Part shown: positions 27,603 through 36,460 of the stretch, in pieces
Layout of the letters: every line of letters starts with the position of its first letter
Numbering within the stretch: the stretch's first letter is position 1
From: an uncultured Collinsella sp.
GTDB lineage: Bacteria; Actinomycetota; Coriobacteriia; Coriobacteriales; Coriobacteriaceae
Assembly (NCBI GenBank): GCA_905208975.1
Contig: CAJLRE010000001.1
Span: 1,689-65,688, forward strand
Direction: 5' to 3'
DNA: 64,000 nt
Notes under the pieces: model-generated
What the model saw: the letters and a program-made list of their open reading frames with translations, nothing else
What the model was told of the DNA's origin: nothing
Databases searched by the model: none
Position numbers and translations under genes: made by a program

Positions 27603-28373
27603 CTATTCCGCAGCACCGCTCTCGGTTCCATACGACGGCGAAGGCGCCTCGACCACATGGTGATATCGATCGATATAGATGGCGCGGGCACCCAGGCGCC
27701 GCACCAAATCTTGATGATGCGTGCTCATCAAGACCGTCTTGCCGGCAGCAACATAGGCCAGTAGAAAGTTGACCACGATGTCGCATGAATCCTCGTCGAG
27801 CCCATTGGTAGGCTCGTCGAGGACCAAGATATCCGGGTTCATCGACACGACGGCAGCCAGCGCCACGCGCTTCTTTTGACCGCCCGAGAGCTGATAGGGC
27901 GAGGCATCGACCAGGTCGGCAACTTGAAACAGTTCCATGGCATCGCATACGCGGCGCTCGAGCTCGTCTGCCGGCAGCCCCATTTGAGCCGGTCCAAAAG
28001 CGACCTCCTCACCAACCGTGGCGCAGAACAGCTGGGCATCGGCGTTTTGAAATACGAAGCCTACACGCTGGTGGAACTTCTGGGCGGCAGTAGAATCCTT
28101 CAGATACGCCGCATCGACCACGCGTCCGTCAAACAGGTATGCGCCGGCATCCGCGAGCTCAAGGCCGTTGATAAGGCGCATGATCGTCGTCTTGCCGCAG
28201 CCGTTGGGCCCGAGTAGAGCAACGAGCTCGCCGCGATCGACCTGCAGTGACACGCTGTCGACAACTGTATGCCCCGCATAGGAAAACGCCACGTCGCGAA
28301 ACTCGATGAGCGGCGTGACCTCAGCGCCGACAACACCGCTCGCACCCATCGCGCCATTTGTATCGTTTGCCAA
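27603..28373 (-). CDS. cbiO: ECF Ni/Co transporter ATPase (CbiO/NikO)
   Basis: GPNGCGKT, VFQNADAQLF, LSGGQKKRVALA, LDEPT. Confidence 0.9.
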   Translation of the reverse strand: MANDTNGAMGASGVVGAEVTPLIEFRDVAFSYAGHTVVDSVSLQVDRGELVALLGPNGCGKTTIMRLINGLELADAGAYLFDGRVVDAAYLKDSTAAQKFHQRVGFVFQNADAQLFCATVGEEVAFGPAQMGLPADELERRVCDAMELFQVADLVDASPYQLSGGQKKRVALAAVVSMNPDILVLDEPTNGLDEDSCDIVVNFLLAYVAAGKTVLMSTHHQDLVRRLGARAIYIDRYHHVVEAPSPSYGTESGAAE

Positions 28374-28417
28374 AACGTCGCCCTTCCCTACTCACATCGA
28401 CGGCTAGACCACCCGCG

Positions 28418-29254
28418 CTACAGTACCGCACACAACACAGCGAACAACGCCACAACGGCCGTATAAGCGGCATCGCGCCAGCCAAACCCGGCGCGCGCGG
28501 GCGCCGGATACGCACCGGCAAAGCCGCGGCAAAGCATAGCCTCGTCCATCGCGCGGCTGCATTCCATCGCCTTGATAAACGTCATGCCCATGATACCCGA
28601 GACCGAGTCGGTGCGCGAAAACCCCTCAGGCGCGGAACCGACGCTGCGCAGCATGACCGATTCGCACAGATCGTGCGCCGTGCGTCCCAGCACCTCGATG
28701 TGTTTGAGCGCCATATCAAACGTAAAGATAACTTCGTCGGGTAGATGCAGCATCTTGAGCGCCGCCGACATGCGGCTCCAGGTGAGCGTCCATGAAACGC
28801 CCAGCACCAGCGACACGTTTATGAACGTCTTGAGCGCGATCTTGAGCATGGCGCCCGTGGCAGACGCGCCCAGCAGCAGGGCGGGCAGTGCCAGAACCAC
28901 GGCAAGCCCCGCGGCTTCAAGTGCCGGCACAAAGGTCGCACGCAGTCCGCGCGCGGGGCGCACCGCGACCAGTACCAACGAAATCGCCGCCATCAGCATC
29001 AGGTACAGTGGGCTTTGCGTCAGGCACACGCACAGAACGCAGACGAACATCCCCACCAGGCGCACCGGAGCCGAAACGCAAGAAAGGGCGCGGTCGACCA
29101 TCGACCCGCCCTCGTGCGCGCCTCCACCCAGGCGAACCCGCTCAAGCAGGCTCGCCAGGTGCAGGACATTCTTTTGCATCACGCGATGCCGAGCCCCCGC
29201 AGGCTCGTAACGCTGCTCGACCGCAAGCCAGCTAGGCAGCTCGGCTATTGCCAT
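28418..29254 (-). CDS. cbiQ: ECF Ni/Co transporter T component (CbiQ/NikQ)
   Basis: Multi-TM protein with two Arg motifs (MLRS, MLCRGF); lies between the M and O genes. Confidence 0.87.
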   Translation of the reverse strand: MAIAELPSWLAVEQRYEPAGARHRVMQKNVLHLASLLERVRLGGGAHEGGSMVDRALSCVSAPVRLVGMFVCVLCVCLTQSPLYLMLMAAISLVLVAVRPARGLRATFVPALEAAGLAVVLALPALLLGASATGAMLKIALKTFINVSLVLGVSWTLTWSRMSAALKMLHLPDEVIFTFDMALKHIEVLGRTAHDLCESVMLRSVGSAPEGFSRTDSVSGIMGMTFIKAMECSRAMDEAMLCRGFAGAYPAPARAGFGWRDAAYTAVVALFAVLCAVL

Positions 29255-30317
29255 GAGCACCGCTTTCCTTGACCGTCAGCGAGACCAGGCGGAATGCGAT
29301 GGTGAGCACCGCCACGCCAATCACGCCCGAAAGAATATACATCGCGGCCTGGCCGGCAAAGCCAAGGCCCTGCTCCTCGGAATAGGCCTGCAGATAATCG
29401 CCCGTGGGCAGGGCATCGGCAAAGGTCGGGGTATCGAGGCCGACTGAAGCCTGCAGGCTGTCGTCGCCAGCCTCCTGAACGGCGGTCGCGGCGCCCTCGG
29501 CGTCCCACTCACCCCAGGCGTCACCCGTGGCCAGCAGGCCCAGCGGCGTAGCTACGACAAGCACGGCGACCAGGATGAGCGTGGGGACCAGCGAGGTCTT
29601 CTTGGCAGCAGCGCCCTCGGCAGCAAGCTGGCCATCGGCGGCCTCGGGCCCGACGATAATGCTCGGCGCCGTCTTCTTAATGAAACCGTAGATGGCGGCC
29701 GTCGCCACGCCCTCGATCACGCCGGCAACCAGCATATGCGGGATCAACATGGCCGGAATAGCCACGGACAGCGGGAAGGGGCAGTACAGCGGCGCGCCCG
29801 AAGCGTTGGTGAAGAGCATCGGCTGAATACCAAACTCGATTGCCGCGCACAGGGCCGCCAGGCACAGGCCGACCCAGCCGCTCACGATGGCAGAAACCGA
29901 GGTGCCCCAGCTCTTGTCATGCAGACGGCTGTTGAGCGCACGGAACACGATAGCAGCGACAAACGGCAGCACAAAGGCCATGTTAAAGCAGTTGGCGCCA
30001 AACGACAGAACGCCGCCGTCGCCAAACAGCAGCGCCTGCAGCGCCAGCGCGACCGAGACAGCGATAGCCGCGGCCTCGGGGCCCAGCAGCAGCGCGATGA
30101 GTGCGCCGCCGACGGCGTGGCCTGTGGTGCCGCCGGGCAGCGGAACGTTAAACATCATGAGCAAGAAGGAGAATGCGGCGCAGATGCCCAGAAAAGCCAT
30201 GTGCTCGCGATCGAGCGTGGCGCGCACCTTCTTGATGCAGTGGACCCAAACGGGCACCATCGCAACCGCCATGACGGCATCGGTCTGCGGGGACAGATAA
30301 TTATCTGGAATGTGCAT
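29232..30317 (-). CDS. cbiM: ECF Ni/Co transporter S component (CbiM/NikM) fused to a C-terminal PDGLE/NikN-like domain
   Basis: MHIPDNYL metal-binding N-terminus, GGTTGHAVG, LFGDGG; C-terminal PLGLLATGDAWGEW extension. Confidence 0.9.
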   Translation of the reverse strand: MHIPDNYLSPQTDAVMAVAMVPVWVHCIKKVRATLDREHMAFLGICAAFSFLLMMFNVPLPGGTTGHAVGGALIALLLGPEAAAIAVSVALALQALLFGDGGVLSFGANCFNMAFVLPFVAAIVFRALNSRLHDKSWGTSVSAIVSGWVGLCLAALCAAIEFGIQPMLFTNASGAPLYCPFPLSVAIPAMLIPHMLVAGVIEGVATAAIYGFIKKTAPSIIVGPEAADGQLAAEGAAAKKTSLVPTLILVAVLVVATPLGLLATGDAWGEWDAEGAATAVQEAGDDSLQASVGLDTPTFADALPTGDYLQAYSEEQGLGFAGQAAMYILSGVIGVAVLTIAFRLVSLTVKESGAHGNSRAA

Positions 30318-30372
30318 ATACGCCTCCCGGTTGTCGGCACGCGATCGCAGCGCCGTTTGAATCACCTTGCCA

Positions 30373-30400
30373 GTGTTACGTATTGCTAGGTTCGTAACAC
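30373..30400. promoter_or_regulatory. NikR-type operator candidate
   Basis: Perfect 8-bp inverted repeat GTGTTACG-N12-CGTAACAC (28 bp; GTGTTA-N16-TAACAC), about 55 bp upstream of cbiM/nikM. Confidence 0.65.
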
Positions 30401-30484
30401 GCCGCCGGCTATCATAGCAAACGGCGCACTGCCAACAAAGCAGTGCGCCGTTTTGCAATACATTCGTCACAGACGCAAGCGATC

Positions 30485-32938
30485 CTAGCCGCGAACCTCG
30501 CCGTTTACGCCCTTGCACACCTTGGTGACGATCTTCTGGTGCGCCTTCTCGACCTCTTCGCTGGTAAGCGTGTGATCGTCCGAGCGATACGTAAGCGCAA
30601 AGGCCATGGACTTCTTGCCCGCTCCGATGCGGATGGGATCGCGGTAGACGTCGAACAGACGCACGCCCTCGAGCAGCTTGCCACCGGCGCTGGTAATACG
30701 GCGCTCAAGATCCTCGCAGGTCACAGCGTTGTCGACCACGATAGCAAGGTCGTGCTCAACGGCAGGGTACTGCGAGAACTCACGGTAGTTCTCCTGTTTG
30801 CGAGCACCCTTGATCAGCTTGTCCAGATCGAGCTCAAAGGCGACGACGACCTCGTCGATGCCCATCGCCTCGCGCGCCTCGGGGTGGATCTCGCCGACCC
30901 AGCCCAGCACGGTGCCGCCGGACAGAACCTCGGCGGCACGACCCGGCTGCAAGAAAGCGTAGCCCTCGCCCTCGACGGGACGGAAGCGAACCTTCTCGAT
31001 GCGCAGCTGGGCGAGCAGCTCCTCGACAATGCCCTTGCCAAAGAAGAAGCGCAGCTTGCGGTACTTCATGTTCCAGGACTGCTCGCTCCACTGGCCCGAG
31101 AGCACGCCCGCCACGGACTTGGTCTCCTTGGGCAGGCTGGCGCTCTCGCGACCGTGGAACAGGCTGCCGACCTCGTACAGGTGCACGTTGGGCGTGCCGT
31201 GGGCCTCGTTGTAGGCAACGGACTGCAGCAGGCCCGGCAGCAGCGAACGACGCATCTCGGTCTGCTCGGCTACCAGCGGGTTCATAAGCACCACGGGGCA
31301 ACCGCGGCCCTCGGTGGACATGCCGATCTTCTCCAGGTCGCCCGGGGCGGCAAAGCCAAAAGTCGTGGTCTCGTTGAGGCCGCAGGCGCGCAGGATCTCG
31401 CCGACCTTGCGGGTGAGCTTCTGCTCGCGGGTCAGGCCGCCGATGTGGTTCTTGGCAGCCGGGATGGTCGCCGTCACGCGGCCCATGCCCCACAGACGCA
31501 GGACCTCCTCGATCAGATCGATCTCGCGCGGCAGGTCGGGGCGGAAGCTCGGCGGAGTGACCATAAAGTCCTCGCCGTCGCGCTCGACGGTGCAGCCCAG
31601 GCGGGTGAGCGAGCGCTCGATAAAGTCGGGCTCGATGTCAGCACCACAGATGGCGTGCACGCGGGCCAGGCGCAGCTTGATGCTGTCGATGGTCTTGGGC
31701 GCGGGGAACACGTCGACATAGCCGGGAGCAACCTCGCCGCCGGCGATCTCCTCGATGAGCGCGCACGTGACGTTGGCGACATCCACGCAGCCGGTCTCGT
31801 CGACCTGGCGCTCAAAGCGAATGGAGGCATCGGAGATCAGCGACAGATCGCGGCTGGTGTGCGAGGTGCGACCGGCGTTGAAGCAGGCGCTCTCGACCAT
31901 CACGTCGACGGTATCGTCCTCGATCTCGGAATCCATGCCGCCCATGACGCCGGCCAGCGCCACGGGACGCTCGCCGTCGGTGATAAGGCCCATGCCGGCG
32001 TCAAGCGTGCGCTCCTCGCCATCGAGGGTCGTGAACTTCTCATCCTGCTGGGCAGCGCGAACCACCACGCGACGCCTGCCCTCGCGCTCGGCAAAGGTGG
32101 ACAGGTCAAAGGCGTGCAGCGGCTGACCGGTGAGCATCATCACGTAGTTGGTGATGTCGACGATGTTGTTATGCGGGCGCACGCCCAGGGCGTTGAGACG
32201 CTTGACCATCCAGTCGGGCGACGGGCCGACCTTCACGTTACGCACGATGCGGGCAACGTAGCGGTCGCACAGGCCCTCGTCGGCGATCTCGACCGAAAGC
32301 TCGTCGTCCGTCGCGCGGCCGGTCTCGGTTTTGATGGCGGGCAGCTCAACGTGGAAATCACGGTCGAAGATGGCGCCAGTCTCGCGGGCCATGCCGATCA
32401 TGGACAGGCAATCGGGACGGTTGGGCGTGATCTCGCAGTCGAGCACGGTGTCGCTCGAGCCCACATACTCGGCAAACGGCATGCCGCAGGGCGTATCCTC
32501 GGGCAGGATCATGATGCCAGAGTGGTCGCCGCCCAGACCGAGCTCGCGCGCGGAGCAGTTCATGCCCATGGACACGACGCCGCGCAGCTTGCTCTTCTTG
32601 ATCTTGATGTCGCCGGGCAGCTCAGCACCGATCATGGCCGTGACGATGTGGTCGCCGGCCTCAAAGTTCTGCGCGCCGCAGACAATCTGCAGCGGAGCGG
32701 GGTTGCCGTCGGCGTCGAGGTTCTTGTCGCCCACGTCGACCGAGCACACATACATATGGTCGCTATCGGGGTGCGGGGTCTTGGTGAGCACCTTGGCGGT
32801 CACTACATGGTCGAAGGACTCGCCCACGGTGTCGATCGCCTCGACCTCGGTGCCGGTACGGATATATTCGTCCGAAAGGGTCTTAGGATCCTCCGGAATA
32901 TCGATCATGGTCTTGAGCCAGTCGTAAGAAACGCGCAT
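30485..32938 (-). CDS. pheT: Phenylalanine--tRNA ligase beta subunit
   Basis: MRVSYDWL, IVCGAQN, EITPNRPDCLS, VDITNYVM, FDX-ACB C-terminus. Confidence 0.98.
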   Translation of the reverse strand: MRVSYDWLKTMIDIPEDPKTLSDEYIRTGTEVEAIDTVGESFDHVVTAKVLTKTPHPDSDHMYVCSVDVGDKNLDADGNPAPLQIVCGAQNFEAGDHIVTAMIGAELPGDIKIKKSKLRGVVSMGMNCSARELGLGGDHSGIMILPEDTPCGMPFAEYVGSSDTVLDCEITPNRPDCLSMIGMARETGAIFDRDFHVELPAIKTETGRATDDELSVEIADEGLCDRYVARIVRNVKVGPSPDWMVKRLNALGVRPHNNIVDITNYVMMLTGQPLHAFDLSTFAEREGRRRVVVRAAQQDEKFTTLDGEERTLDAGMGLITDGERPVALAGVMGGMDSEIEDDTVDVMVESACFNAGRTSHTSRDLSLISDASIRFERQVDETGCVDVANVTCALIEEIAGGEVAPGYVDVFPAPKTIDSIKLRLARVHAICGADIEPDFIERSLTRLGCTVERDGEDFMVTPPSFRPDLPREIDLIEEVLRLWGMGRVTATIPAAKNHIGGLTREQKLTRKVGEILRACGLNETTTFGFAAPGDLEKIGMSTEGRGCPVVLMNPLVAEQTEMRRSLLPGLLQSVAYNEAHGTPNVHLYEVGSLFHGRESASLPKETKSVAGVLSGQWSEQSWNMKYRKLRFFFGKGIVEELLAQLRIEKVRFRPVEGEGYAFLQPGRAAEVLSGGTVLGWVGEIHPEAREAMGIDEVVVAFELDLDKLIKGARKQENYREFSQYPAVEHDLAIVVDNAVTCEDLERRITSAGGKLLEGVRLFDVYRDPIRIGAGKKSMAFALTYRSDDHTLTSEEVEKAHQKIVTKVCKGVNGEVRG

Positions 32939-32987
32939 CTAACTGGTCTCCTTTCATAAATGCGGCTTTGAGCCAAAAACTGCAACG

Positions 32988-33093
32988 GAGACGGGTTTTC
33001 CAAGTGCCGCAGATTGCCTTGAAAGAGGAGGGCCGCGTACTTAGGTACGCAACCGACGATTGAAAGGCAAGGTGCGGTGCTTGGGAAAGCCGC
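32988..33093. repeat. Palindromic element inserted between pheS and pheT
   Basis: GGTTTTCCAAGTGCCGCAGATTGCCTT ... GCGTACTTAGGTACGC ... AAGGCAAGGTGCGGTGCTTGGGAAAGCC. Confidence 0.65.
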
Positions 33094-33098
33094 CGGGC

Positions 33099-34175
33099 CT
33101 AGAACTGATTTAAGAAGCGCATATCGCCCGTCATGAGCGTTCGCAGGTCCGGCAGGTCGTAGCGCAGGGCCGCGACGCGCTCGGCGCCAATACCAAAGGC
33201 GAAGCCGGTGTACTTCTCGGGGTCGATGCCGCAGTTGATCAGGACGTTGGGGTCGACCATGCCGCAGCCCAAGATCTCGATCCAGCCGCTGTGCTTGCAG
33301 AAGTTGCAGCCCTTGCCGCCGCACACGTGGCAGCTCACGTCCACCTCGCAGCTGGGCTCGGTGAAGGGGAAGAAGTGCGGGCGGTAACGCGTCTTGCGAT
33401 CCTCGCCAAACATGCACTTAACAAAGTAGTCGAGCGTGCCCTTCAGGTCGCCAAAGGTGATGCCCTCGTCGACGACCAGGCCCTCGATCTGGTTGAACTG
33501 CGGCAGGTGGCAGGCATCGGCCGTGTCGGGACGGTAGACGGTGCCCGGGCAAATCATGTAGATGGGCGGCTTTTGCGACTCCATGGTGTGGATCTGCACG
33601 CCCGAAGTCTGGGTGCGCAGCAGCACGTCGGACTCGCCGTGGGCGTGAGCCTCGGGGTGCGCGACGCTGCCGGGGTTGTTGTCGACCACGTAGAAGGTAT
33701 CGCGAGCCGAGCGGCTCGGGTGATCCATGGGAGCGTTGAGCGCGGTGAAGTTGTAGTAAGAGGTGTCGACCATGGGGCCGGACTCGACGGTGTAGCCGAT
33801 GCCGCAGAAGATGTCCTCGGCCTCCTCGATGATTTGCTTGATCAGGTGCTGGTGGCCGATCTGCGGACGGATGCCCGGCAGCGTGATGTCGACGGCGTCG
33901 TGCTCGAGTGCGCGCTTGAGGGCGGCGGCCTTCATCTCGGTGTTTCGCTCGTCGAGCATGCCCTCGATCAGCTGGCGCATCTCGTTGGCGCGCTTGCCCA
34001 TCACGGGACGATCCTCGGGGGCGAGCTTGCCCATCATGCGCATCAAGCCGGTGATACGACCCTTGCGACCGAGCAGCTCAACACGCGCAGCCTCGAGCTT
34101 GGCGGCGTCATCGGCGCCTGCGACGAGCTCCTTGGCCTCTTCCTCGAGTTTGACCAGATCATCAATCAGACTCAT
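33099..34175 (-). CDS. pheS: Phenylalanine--tRNA ligase alpha subunit
   Basis: NFTALN, HPSRSARDTFY, LRTQTS, FNQIEG, FPFTEPS, GFAFGIGAER. Start MSLID at 34175. Confidence 0.98.
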   Translation of the reverse strand: MSLIDDLVKLEEEAKELVAGADDAAKLEAARVELLGRKGRITGLMRMMGKLAPEDRPVMGKRANEMRQLIEGMLDERNTEMKAAALKRALEHDAVDITLPGIRPQIGHQHLIKQIIEEAEDIFCGIGYTVESGPMVDTSYYNFTALNAPMDHPSRSARDTFYVVDNNPGSVAHPEAHAHGESDVLLRTQTSGVQIHTMESQKPPIYMICPGTVYRPDTADACHLPQFNQIEGLVVDEGITFGDLKGTLDYFVKCMFGEDRKTRYRPHFFPFTEPSCEVDVSCHVCGGKGCNFCKHSGWIEILGCGMVDPNVLINCGIDPEKYTGFAFGIGAERVAALRYDLPDLRTLMTGDMRFLNQF

Positions 34176-34258
34176 GTCTTCCCTTTCGTCTCTCGCGCAT
34201 CCACTTGCCGCGGCGGCTGGAGCCACCCGGAGCTGCGGATGTGCGGCCCGGTTCGGTA

Positions 34259-34545
34259 ACAAAAAAACCGCCCTCGGGCATGTGCATTGCCCAAGGACGG
34301 TTGAATTCCGCGGTACCACCTTGTTTGACCCGGCGGATGTCTGGCCCGCCGCGCCCACTCTGTGCCCCTTGTCGCGAGGCTCACGGCTTCCCTACTGGGG
34401 CTTCGCCGCCGCTGGCCGCGTGCCCGTTGAGGTCGCTGCTCGGGAGTGAACGCTTGGCCCTTGTCACCGCAGGAAGGCTCGCAGCCCATGACCTTCCCTC
34501 TCTTGCCGGCGACGCGGCGGGCAAAACCCTCTCCGTCAACGCATT
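34259..34545 (-). ncRNA. T-box riboswitch leader (Phe specifier UUC) with intrinsic terminator
   Basis: Minus strand: AGAGA and GGCTGCGAG distal motifs, specifier GCG-TTC-ACTCC (34448-34450), T-box AAGGTGGTACCGCGG (34308-34322), then terminator CCGTCCTTGGGCA..TGCCCGAGGGCGGTTTTTTT. Confidence 0.9.
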
Positions 34546-34679
34546 GGGCTATAGGATAACACATTCTGCGTGTGCATCGCCGCGTTCCGTTTTGTTCGCA
34601 CTGGGTACAAGGCAGGTAGCTGTGCAAACTGGCCGCGCGCCCACCCGAAGCGCTCGGCTCACGAGATCAAGGATATGGT

Positions 34680-36254
34680 ATGGGAAAGAAACTCGATAAG
34701 AAGGCCGAGCCTGCAGCGGGCAAGACATCCAAAGGCATGAAGGTCGATAAGGCCGTCAAAAAATTCCGCAAGCTCGAAGGCAAGCTGTGGACTCGTGAGT
34801 ACCTGCTCAAGATTGCCGAGTTTGACGGCGCGACCATTGCCCCCGTCAACGGCGCAGCAGCGCGTGCCGACGCCATGGGCACGCTTGCCGGCGAGCATCA
34901 CAAGCTGCTGACCAGCGAGAAGTCCGTTGAGCTCGTACGCTCGTTAGCGCGCGAGACCGTCGCCGGCGGCAAAATCGACGACCCTCAGCTGCTCGACGAG
35001 ATCCGTGTGCTCGGCCGCGATCAACGTGAGGCCAGTGCCATCCCCACCGAAGAAGCCGAGGCCTGGACCAGGCTCACCTGCGAGGCGGACGCCGTGTGGC
35101 GCAAGGCCAAGGCAGCCAACGACTGGGCGAGCTTTGAGACCTATGTGGATAGAATCGTCGCCCAACTTAAGCATCAGGCCGAGCTCATGGACCCCAAGCG
35201 CGATCCATACGACGTTTGGCTCGACCAGTACGAGCGCGGCCTTTCCGCCAAGAGCTTCGACGCGTTTTGCGACGAGGTCAAGGCCACGGTCGTGCCGCTC
35301 GTGCACGCCATCGGCGAGCGCGGCCAGCAGCCGGCTGCCGACTTTTTGCACGCCCACGTGCCCGAGGCTGCCCAGCGCGCCATGAGCTTCGACCTTATGA
35401 AGCTTGTTGGCCTGGACCTGGACGACACCACGCTTGCCTTTACCGAGCATCCGTTTAGCGAGGGCTTTGCCGTGGGTGATGCGCGCATCGCGACGCACAT
35501 CTACGAGGACGACTGCATCTCCAACGTCTACAGCATCATCCACGAGGCGGGGCACACCATGTACGAGCTGGGCGTCAATCCCGCCTACGCGCGCACCTGC
35601 CTGGAGGGCGGCACCTCCATGGGCATCCACGAGAGCCAGAGCCGCTTCTTTGAGAACACCGTGGGTCGCAGCCGCGCCTTTATGGGCCCGCTGCTCGAGG
35701 TGCTGCGTCGTCACGCGCCCGAGGTCTACGGCGACGTCGACGAAGACACGCTCTACCGCGCCGTGAACATCGCGCAGCCGTCGTTGATCCGCACCGAGGC
35801 CGACGAGCTCACCTATCCGCTGCATATTATGGTGCGCTACCAGATTGAGCGTATGCTGTTTGCCGGCGAGGCTGCGGCCAAGGACATCCCCGCGCTTTGG
35901 AACCGCTTTATGGACGAGTACCTGGGCATTCCCGTTCCCGACGACACGCACGGCTGCCTGCAGGATACGCATTGGAGCGGCGGTTCGTTTGGCTACTTCC
36001 CCACCTATGCGCTGGGTAGCGCCTACGACGCCATGTTTGTGCCGGCCATGTGCCGCGACGGCGTCGACCTTACCGGTGCCTGCGCGAGCGGCGATCTGGC
36101 GCCCGTCCGCGCCTGGCTGGGCGAGCACATTTGGCAGTGGGGCCGCGCCAAAGACGCGCCGGAACTCATCAAGGGCGCCTGCGGCATGGCCTTTGACGCC
36201 CGCTACTACTGCAGCTACCTGCAGGACAAGTTCACCACACTGTACGAGCTGTAA
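34680..36254 (+). CDS. Carboxypeptidase family M32 (Taq-like)
   Basis: HPF, HEAGH (HEXXH), HESQS, IRTEADE, GCLQDTHW, GYFPTYALG. Confidence 0.95.
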   Translation: MGKKLDKKAEPAAGKTSKGMKVDKAVKKFRKLEGKLWTREYLLKIAEFDGATIAPVNGAAARADAMGTLAGEHHKLLTSEKSVELVRSLARETVAGGKIDDPQLLDEIRVLGRDQREASAIPTEEAEAWTRLTCEADAVWRKAKAANDWASFETYVDRIVAQLKHQAELMDPKRDPYDVWLDQYERGLSAKSFDAFCDEVKATVVPLVHAIGERGQQPAADFLHAHVPEAAQRAMSFDLMKLVGLDLDDTTLAFTEHPFSEGFAVGDARIATHIYEDDCISNVYSIIHEAGHTMYELGVNPAYARTCLEGGTSMGIHESQSRFFENTVGRSRAFMGPLLEVLRRHAPEVYGDVDEDTLYRAVNIAQPSLIRTEADELTYPLHIMVRYQIERMLFAGEAAAKDIPALWNRFMDEYLGIPVPDDTHGCLQDTHWSGGSFGYFPTYALGSAYDAMFVPAMCRDGVDLTGACASGDLAPVRAWLGEHIWQWGRAKDAPELIKGACGMAFDARYYCSYLQDKFTTLYEL

Positions 36255-36310
36255 GGATTGACCAGCACGCCATCGCCAACGCCAACTATGTTGACGCCAA
36301 TGTCTTGGCA

Positions 36311-36460
36311 ACGTCAGCGAAAACGACCCTAAGCGAGCAAGGTGACGTGAAATGAAAGGGCGCTGACCTTCTGGTCGCGCCCTTGAAATTGAACGTCAGA
36401 TTGCCGCTTAGGGGCGTTTGCAGCGTCGAGCAGTTACGCGGTTTGGTAAAACCGCGTAAC
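36311..36460. repeat. ~150-bp dispersed stem-loop element, copy 1
   Basis: Central hairpin with GACCTTCTGGTC and terminal palindrome GTTACGCGGTTTGGTAAAACCGCGTAAC (36433-36460), shared with 59200-59351. Confidence 0.8.

Noticed and set aside
30320..30484. Cobalamin riboswitch before cbiM
   Set aside because: No B12-box or GGGAA motifs seen and little space; a NikR-like dyad is present instead.
30443..32959. Long antisense ORFs (838 aa here; also 37995..40217, 47137..48852, 57539..59092, 24973..26502, 53720..54964)
   Set aside because: Typical high-GC shadow frames opposite well-supported genes.
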